A stretch of 29,942 nt of DNA from a virus (lineage: Duplodnaviria > Caudoviricetes), in the IMG/VR virus record IMGVR_UViG_3300025868_000009, positions 1 through 29,942 of that record; one strand, 5' to 3'. Shown piece after piece: positions 25,341 through 29,942 of the stretch. The notes under the pieces are model-generated. The model did no database searches. It had not been told where the DNA came from and saw nothing but the letters and a program-made list of their open reading frames with translations. Within the stretch, counting starts at the first letter, position 1. Each line of letters starts with the position of its first letter. The translations under genes and the position numbers were made by a program.

Positions 25341-25416
25341 TGGTAGTTGGGAGTGGACTCGAACCACTGACACAAGCCTTATAAGGGACTCTGCTCTGCC
25401 ACTGAGCTACCCAACT
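25341..25416 (-). tRNA. tRNA-Ile(TAT), atypical: one extra nucleotide in the anticodon arm
   Basis: Acceptor AGTTGGG/CCCAACT, A73, encoded CCA; D arm GCTC/GAGC; T arm AGTGG-TTCGAGT-CCACT; anticodon arm GAGTCC-CTTATAA-GGCTT. Confidence 0.85.
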
Positions 25417-25440
25417 ATACAACAGTGTAACAGTGTAACC

Positions 25441-25734
25441 TTACTGCCCCTCAAAGAAGAATGTATAATTCAGGTTATCTTCTTTCAGGTCATAGGCTGT
25501 AGCATAGCCCGTCAGGGTGATATTGTTTAGAGCCTTGCCCCCTCGTACACGGGACATCTGTGAGAGGAAAGATACTACCAGCTTGGCAGTCTTAGTTTGC
25601 TCTGTCTTGTTGCGGCTATAGGCGAGGGAGTCCACTGTTGCTTTCATGGCTCCTAGCTCTGCGACCGCGAAGGTCATGCTACCGCTTTCCTTTTCTGCTG
25701 TTACTGTTGCTGCTAGTTGGTTTGCTTGGTTCAT
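25441..25734 (-). CDS. Hypothetical protein
   Basis: AAGGAG RBS. Confidence 0.7.
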   Translation of the reverse strand: MNQANQLAATVTAEKESGSMTFAVAELGAMKATVDSLAYSRNKTEQTKTAKLVVSFLSQMSRVRGGKALNNITLTGYATAYDLKEDNLNYTFFFEGQ

Positions 25735-25783
25735 TTTATATCTCCTTAGTTAAGTTGCTGTAGTTGTACTGCGTTGTAGTGGT

Positions 25784-26098
25784 TTAGATAAACTCATCAT
25801 CTGATACCTCTGACATAAGCTTGGCAAGCTCAGCTGCTGTAAGCTTCTTCTGTTTAGGTTTAGCATCTCCCTTCTTAGAAGCAGAAGCTGCTGCAACTGC
25901 TACTCCTACCATCCTTCTCAATGCAGCTACTGCCAGACCTAAATCCTCATCCTGTAGAAGGGAACAAGCTGAGGGATTCTCCAGAAGAGCTTGCTTAAGG
26001 GCTGCCATCTCTTCCTTTAGAGATACTCCATCGAAGTCTGCTAAAGACTTAATGCGTAGGGATATCTCAGAAGCTTTTTGTTCTATGTCTTGGCTCAT
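25784..26098 (-). CDS. Hypothetical helical protein with Lys/Ala-rich linker and acidic tail
   Basis: AAGGA RBS; operon orientation. Confidence 0.7.
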   Translation of the reverse strand: MSQDIEQKASEISLRIKSLADFDGVSLKEEMAALKQALLENPSACSLLQDEDLGLAVAALRRMVGVAVAAASASKKGDAKPKQKKLTAAELAKLMSEVSDDEFI

Positions 26099-26125
26099 AT
26101 CTTTCCTTTCTTCTTTCCTGTTGTG

Positions 26126-26210
26126 TGGTGCGAGATAAGAGACTTGAACTCTTACGCCTTACGGCACAGGCTTCTAAGGCCTGCGTGTCTACCAATTCCA
26201 CCAACCTCGC
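26126..26210 (-). tRNA. tRNA-Leu(TAG)
   Basis: Acceptor GCGAGGT/ATCTCGC-A-CCA; anticodon arm CAGGC-CTTAGAA-GCCTG; long variable arm GCC-GTAA-GGC; T loop TTCAAGT. Confidence 0.97.
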
Positions 26211-26238
26211 CTATCTTTCCTAGGGTTACTATCTGTTT

Positions 26239-26421
26239 TTAGATAAGCTCATCCCCTAAAAGCACGTCCATCTTAGAGGCTGCTTCTTCCATAGAGAGAT
26301 GCAGAAGTTTATCTCCTATTACTTTCTTCTGCTTCTCTAGCCTGTGAAGTTCCTTAGCCAGTCTTTGAATCCTGTCGTCCAGATTATGGAATTCCTTGCG
26401 TAGCATAAAGGCTTTGCTCAT
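26239..26421 (-). CDS. Small coiled-coil protein
   Basis: Start re-called at MSKAF (AAGGA RBS, ATGA overlap with the Lar-like gene). Confidence 0.65.
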   Translation of the reverse strand: MSKAFMLRKEFHNLDDRIQRLAKELHRLEKQKKVIGDKLLHLSMEEAASKMDVLLGDELI

Positions 26422-26651
26422 TTCTGTTCCTTCCCTTCTGTGCTGGTTCTGGTATTCCATTGGGAGATATAGGACATTAGTGTAGTATTTCTCCTATTGT
26501 ACCCAGTGACTCCCGCTTCGCACACTGTACAGACTACCCCTGACATATCTCCGTTATCTCCATCATACAGGAGCTGCTCCAGATTTGCCTTCCCTCCACA
26601 GAACGGACAGGGGAGTAGTGTAGTGGCTCGTTCTTCCTCTGTAGTTATCAC
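26418..26651 (-). CDS. Lar-family restriction alleviation-like zinc-finger protein
   Basis: LLPCPFCGG...V.C..C.A....WNTR signature; GTG start. Confidence 0.8.
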   Translation of the reverse strand: MITTEEERATTLLPCPFCGGKANLEQLLYDGDNGDMSGVVCTVCEAGVTGYNRRNTTLMSYISQWNTRTSTEGKEQK

Positions 26652-26704
26652 GATGTCCCTTCCCTTCCTTGTATCTGTTAGATTGATTAGATTGATTGGA
26701 TTGA

Positions 26705-27019
26705 TTAGAATGTGTTATCTGGAATTACTAGCTTCTTGATAAAGATTGCACCTTTCTTACGTAGGATAATGCGTAGGTCTACACAGTTCTCATACTCCTT
26801 GGATACAGTAGAATAGAACTCCAAGATTTCTTCTACCTTAGGACGGGAGTCTCCCTTCACCCTAGCTGTCTGCTTGTACTTAAGATTCTTCAGGCCTAGC
26901 TTCACCTCTTCTTCCTTCTCTACGGGGATGGTGATTATAAGCTCACCATTGAGAGAGAGGTTAGTTAGAAGCTCTCTGTAGGTTATCTCCTCCTCGGTAT
27001 AGGATGTATCTGTGGTCAT
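26705..27019 (-). CDS. Hypothetical protein
   Basis: AAGGAG RBS; TAATG coupling. Confidence 0.7.
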   Translation of the reverse strand: MTTDTSYTEEEITYRELLTNLSLNGELIITIPVEKEEEVKLGLKNLKYKQTARVKGDSRPKVEEILEFYSTVSKEYENCVDLRIILRKKGAIFIKKLVIPDNTF

Positions 27020-27351
27020 TACGTATCTCCTTCTTGTTGGATTGCCCTACTCTTTAGATAAAAGAGCAGGTTCTGTTGTTGTGGTTCGTTGATATAATAG
27101 CTTACATCCCTTGCAAACTCCCACGCCTTTTGAATACTGGCGACACCTGTTATGGGTGAGTGGGAGATTATTGCATTGGCAAGACCTTCTATGAGAAACG
27201 CCGAGGGGTTCCTCCGCACAAAGTAATTAGGAAGGTCTAGCCAATTAGCTACTGTAGTCCATTCACTAGGGTAAGTGATAGTCCCTGCTAGCCGTTGATA
27301 TAGTAGAAGAGTTAGCAGGGATGGTTGATTTTTGGAGTTTACCGTGGTCAT
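27019..27351 (-). CDS. Hypothetical protein (start uncertain)
   Basis: 110-aa ORF; its ATG lies inside a predicted promoter spacer. Confidence 0.55.
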   Translation of the reverse strand: MTTVNSKNQPSLLTLLLYQRLAGTITYPSEWTTVANWLDLPNYFVRRNPSAFLIEGLANAIISHSPITGVASIQKAWEFARDVSYYINEPQQQNLLFYLKSRAIQQEGDT

Positions 27352-27364
27352 GATTTTTTGTCAA
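27336..27364 (-). promoter_or_regulatory. Sigma70-type promoter
   Basis: TTGACA (27364-27359), 17 nt spacer, TAAACT (27341-27336); upstream A-tract; the -35 box lies in the intergenic gap after the helicase. Confidence 0.65.
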
Positions 27365-27386
27365 TCCTGATTTTTTCCATAGTAGA

Positions 27387-29327
27387 TTACTTCGTGCAGT
27401 GGACTGCATTGTTAAGCTTAATTCCACTGTTGAAGTATTCTATCTTCTCATCTGTTGTATTACCCTTGATTCTCTGGGTAGCTATAGCCTTGGCTATTAC
27501 ATCATCCTTGGCAATCAATACTAGCTGTTCCCTTGCCCGTGTAACCCCTGTGTAAAGGGCTTCTCTGCATAGGGATACTGCATGATCTCTGTGTAGGATG
27601 AGATATACCTTCCTCCATTCACAGCCTTGTGCCTTATGGATTGTCAAGGCATAGGCTAGGGAAAAGGATGCAGGGGCGTAGTCTCCAGTTGCATGTAGTG
27701 TAACTTCCATCCCATCATCTAGTAGGATGTCCGTTATGTGCGAGGCTTCTTTAGTCCTATCTCCCTCCGAGTCCTCTAGCATTTTATCAAGGTCGAGGTG
27801 TGAGTAGTCTATGGAGTCTAGGTCATCTGCTGTTTCCTCTTCTAGCCCTGTGTAGGTACCGAAGCGATTCAGGTTAATAGATGCAGGGATTGGGCTTCTA
27901 CCCATATAGTGCCCGTTCACTGAGATTCTAGTGATAATACCTACTTGTTTATTATACATAACCTTATCACCTTCTGCAAGATAGAGCTTATTCATTCCTG
28001 CTAGTACTTCATGCACCACTGCACCTCTTTCAGAACCTAGGAATTGAGCAATCCACTTGTTCATATTATCTGTTCCTAAGTCTCTCTTATTCCATGGGCT
28101 TAAGATAATATCTTGGATAGGGTCATACTCTCCTAGCTTAGCCCACTTAGGAAAGGTCATTCCTAAGGATGTTGCTAGTTTAGCTTGTGTGTAGTTTGTT
28201 GTTCCACCCCTTACTACACGGAAGTCTGGAGCTTCTACTATCTGCTCTCCCTTTAGAATCCTATGGGCATTTTCTAGGATAGCAGAATCTTCCTTCTGAC
28301 GATACACTTCTGTTAGCTCAATGACTGGGAGCTGTACTAGGGCATAGTTAAGAATAGCATCCCCAAATACAGGGGGTAGTTGGTTTATATCACCAATGAA
28401 TATAACCTGCGTATCTGGGCGTAGGGCTGCATAGAGCTTCTCCCAAAGGTCAAGACCTACCATAGAAGCTTCCTCTATAATCAAGTGGGTAATGTCCAGT
28501 GGATTAGAGGCTGTCCTTTTAGGTGTGAAGCGGAATGCTTCCCTGTTTTCCTCATAGTTCCAGTAGGTTTCTGGAGTATACTCTAAGAGGTTATGGATAG
28601 TGGTTACATTATGCCTGAAAGCTTTTTCTAAGGCTGGGAGCTTATGGATTGCTCTTCTTAGATTACCCGAAGCTACCCTTGTATATGCTACGAAGGCTAT
28701 TGATGGAGCTTCTACCCTCGCTGCTGTACCCTGAATTTTGAAAGAGTGTGTGCGTAGGGAGCCAGTAGCTAGAAGGGCTGCTGCCACTTCTCTCTGTGCT
28801 GTGGTCTTACCAGTACCTGCCGCTCCCACTAGGCAGAAGCTCTTACCTGCAAAGGCTAGTTCTTTAGCTAGAAGTTGCTTACTGTTTAGGGTAATGTCTA
28901 GGCTGAATGCTCCCTTATATGCGTCGGTTGCTTCTGCTTTCTCTGTTGCCTCTGTTGCTTCTGTGGGGATTCTCTGGGCTAGAATATCTGCTACTGTAGC
29001 ATCTACTACCAGCTTCCCAGCTTCCTTTCTAGCCTCAGCCTCTGGGGTTAGAGCATCCTTGTCTCTATAAGTGGGGTATTCTGTAGGGGTGGGGATAGAT
29101 GCTTGCTTACGCCGTAGAATCTGTGATAGAGAAAGCTTCAGCAATACCTCTGCTGAAGTGGGTGTAGTAGGATTACTTGGATTATCAGGATTACTGGGTT
29201 GAATAGGTTGATTGGGTTGAATGATAGGACTAGGAAGAGCGGGACATGCGCCTTCCGCTTCCCGATTCTTCTGCTCCAGTCGTTTAGCTGCTATGATCTC
29301 TGATAGACTTCTCTTTTGTGTAGACAT
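27387..29327 (-). CDS. RecD2/Dda-like SF1B DNA helicase with a disordered N-terminal extension
   Basis: GAAGTGKTT, TIHNLL, IIEEASMV, GDINQLPPV, LTEVYRQ, YALTIHKAQGCEW, LYTGVTRAR. Confidence 0.92.
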   Translation of the reverse strand: MSTQKRSLSEIIAAKRLEQKNREAEGACPALPSPIIQPNQPIQPSNPDNPSNPTTPTSAEVLLKLSLSQILRRKQASIPTPTEYPTYRDKDALTPEAEARKEAGKLVVDATVADILAQRIPTEATEATEKAEATDAYKGAFSLDITLNSKQLLAKELAFAGKSFCLVGAAGTGKTTAQREVAAALLATGSLRTHSFKIQGTAARVEAPSIAFVAYTRVASGNLRRAIHKLPALEKAFRHNVTTIHNLLEYTPETYWNYEENREAFRFTPKRTASNPLDITHLIIEEASMVGLDLWEKLYAALRPDTQVIFIGDINQLPPVFGDAILNYALVQLPVIELTEVYRQKEDSAILENAHRILKGEQIVEAPDFRVVRGGTTNYTQAKLATSLGMTFPKWAKLGEYDPIQDIILSPWNKRDLGTDNMNKWIAQFLGSERGAVVHEVLAGMNKLYLAEGDKVMYNKQVGIITRISVNGHYMGRSPIPASINLNRFGTYTGLEEETADDLDSIDYSHLDLDKMLEDSEGDRTKEASHITDILLDDGMEVTLHATGDYAPASFSLAYALTIHKAQGCEWRKVYLILHRDHAVSLCREALYTGVTRAREQLVLIAKDDVIAKAIATQRIKGNTTDEKIEYFNSGIKLNNAVHCTK

Positions 29328-29596
29328 TACATGTTCCTCCGATAGCGTTCTAGGTCTAGCATTACGCTAGTTCTGGTAAGTTCTCTGATTGCGTTCTGTA
29401 GAACAAGGATATCCTCTGTTAGGTTGTTGTCATCCTTGTCTGTTACTTTGGATAGGTATTCTATGGAGTGTAGAAGCCTTGAGGCTATCTGGAAAGATTC
29501 CCTAACAGCTTCTAGGTGCGTGCAGGCAATGGTTTCCCTATTGCATCTGCTAGCGACTTCTTTATAGGATATATTTGTGTATAGTGGATTAGTCAT
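29327..29596 (-). CDS. Hypothetical protein
   Basis: TAATG coupling to the helicase. Confidence 0.65.
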   Translation of the reverse strand: MTNPLYTNISYKEVASRCNRETIACTHLEAVRESFQIASRLLHSIEYLSKVTDKDDNNLTEDILVLQNAIRELTRTSVMLDLERYRRNM

Positions 29597-29933
29597 TGGG
29601 AGCCCCTATGTTTGGTTTGTTCTCTTGGTATATCCTAGCTAGTGCAATATACCCAGTTGTTCTATGTTGGAAGGATATAATAACTTTTTGAGTTTCCATT
29701 CCGAGGGTTGCTAGGTTGAGTTGAGTAGGATAGCTTAACTCATGTAACCTTCTGCGAAGCTTGGAGTCCATGTGCAGGATGTAGAAGATTCCTTTTTCTA
29801 GGATATGTCTATCCTTATGGCTAGCTTGGGTGAAAAGCCTAGTTCCTAGATGATAGTCTATTATATCCTCATATATATCTAGGGTAGTTGGGTCTATTAT
29901 CCCGAAAGTGTTTCGCATATTAGATGTCGTCAT
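29589..29933 (-). CDS. Hypothetical protein
   Basis: 114-aa ORF overlapping the next gene by 8 nt. Confidence 0.6.
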   Translation of the reverse strand: MTTSNMRNTFGIIDPTTLDIYEDIIDYHLGTRLFTQASHKDRHILEKGIFYILHMDSKLRRRLHELSYPTQLNLATLGMETQKVIISFQHRTTGYIALARIYQENKPNIGAPND

Positions 29934-29942
29934 AGCTCTTCC

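Noticed and set aside
24606-25346. 246-aa + strand ORF with Ser-Val repeats, and the 68-aa Pro-Tyr repeat ORF (24793-24999)
   Set aside because: Antisense shadows of the GGA-NNC hexamer repeat. The - strand genes have RBSs and match the operon direction.
24649-25353. tRNA-end repeat as the attL/attR of a whole prophage
   Set aside because: The repeats are only 689 bp apart, phage genes continue on both sides, and no integrase or host genes are present.
25341-25416. Reading the tRNA as an ochre (TTA) suppressor, implying stop-codon recoding
   Set aside because: That register lacks U33. Long genes are intact in the standard code and TAA, TAG and TGA all serve as stops.

Overview
About 30 kb of a tailed, podovirus-like dsDNA phage genome, organised as two convergent arms that meet at a bidirectional terminator near 14,780. 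The + arm (1-14,737) carries late genes: an Mtd-like (Bordetella phage BPP-1 major tropism determinant) receptor-binding protein ending in a DGR variable-repeat/IMH-like segment with no TR, Avd or RT in the window, a holin/M15-endolysin lysis block, a P22 gp10-like tail hub protein with a large insertion, and three probable ejection proteins. The largest of these (1789 aa) contains an R-S-E ADP-ribosyltransferase-like domain. The - arm (14,800-29,933) carries early and replication genes: a DUF2829/Tad2-like protein, a DEDDh exonuclease, a DUF3987-type NTPase, a family A DNA polymerase (UDG-like N-terminus, His at the 762-equivalent site), a DUF669 SSB/Sak4/Cas4-like recombination set, a Lar-like protein, a RecD2/Dda-like helicase, many small ORFs, and two tRNAs (Leu-TAG and an atypical Ile-TAT). 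A nested-repeat mini-cassette sits at the 3' end of the tRNA-Ile. The backbone is rich in CTAG and poor in GATC. All family assignments come from motif recognition by eye, not from database searches.
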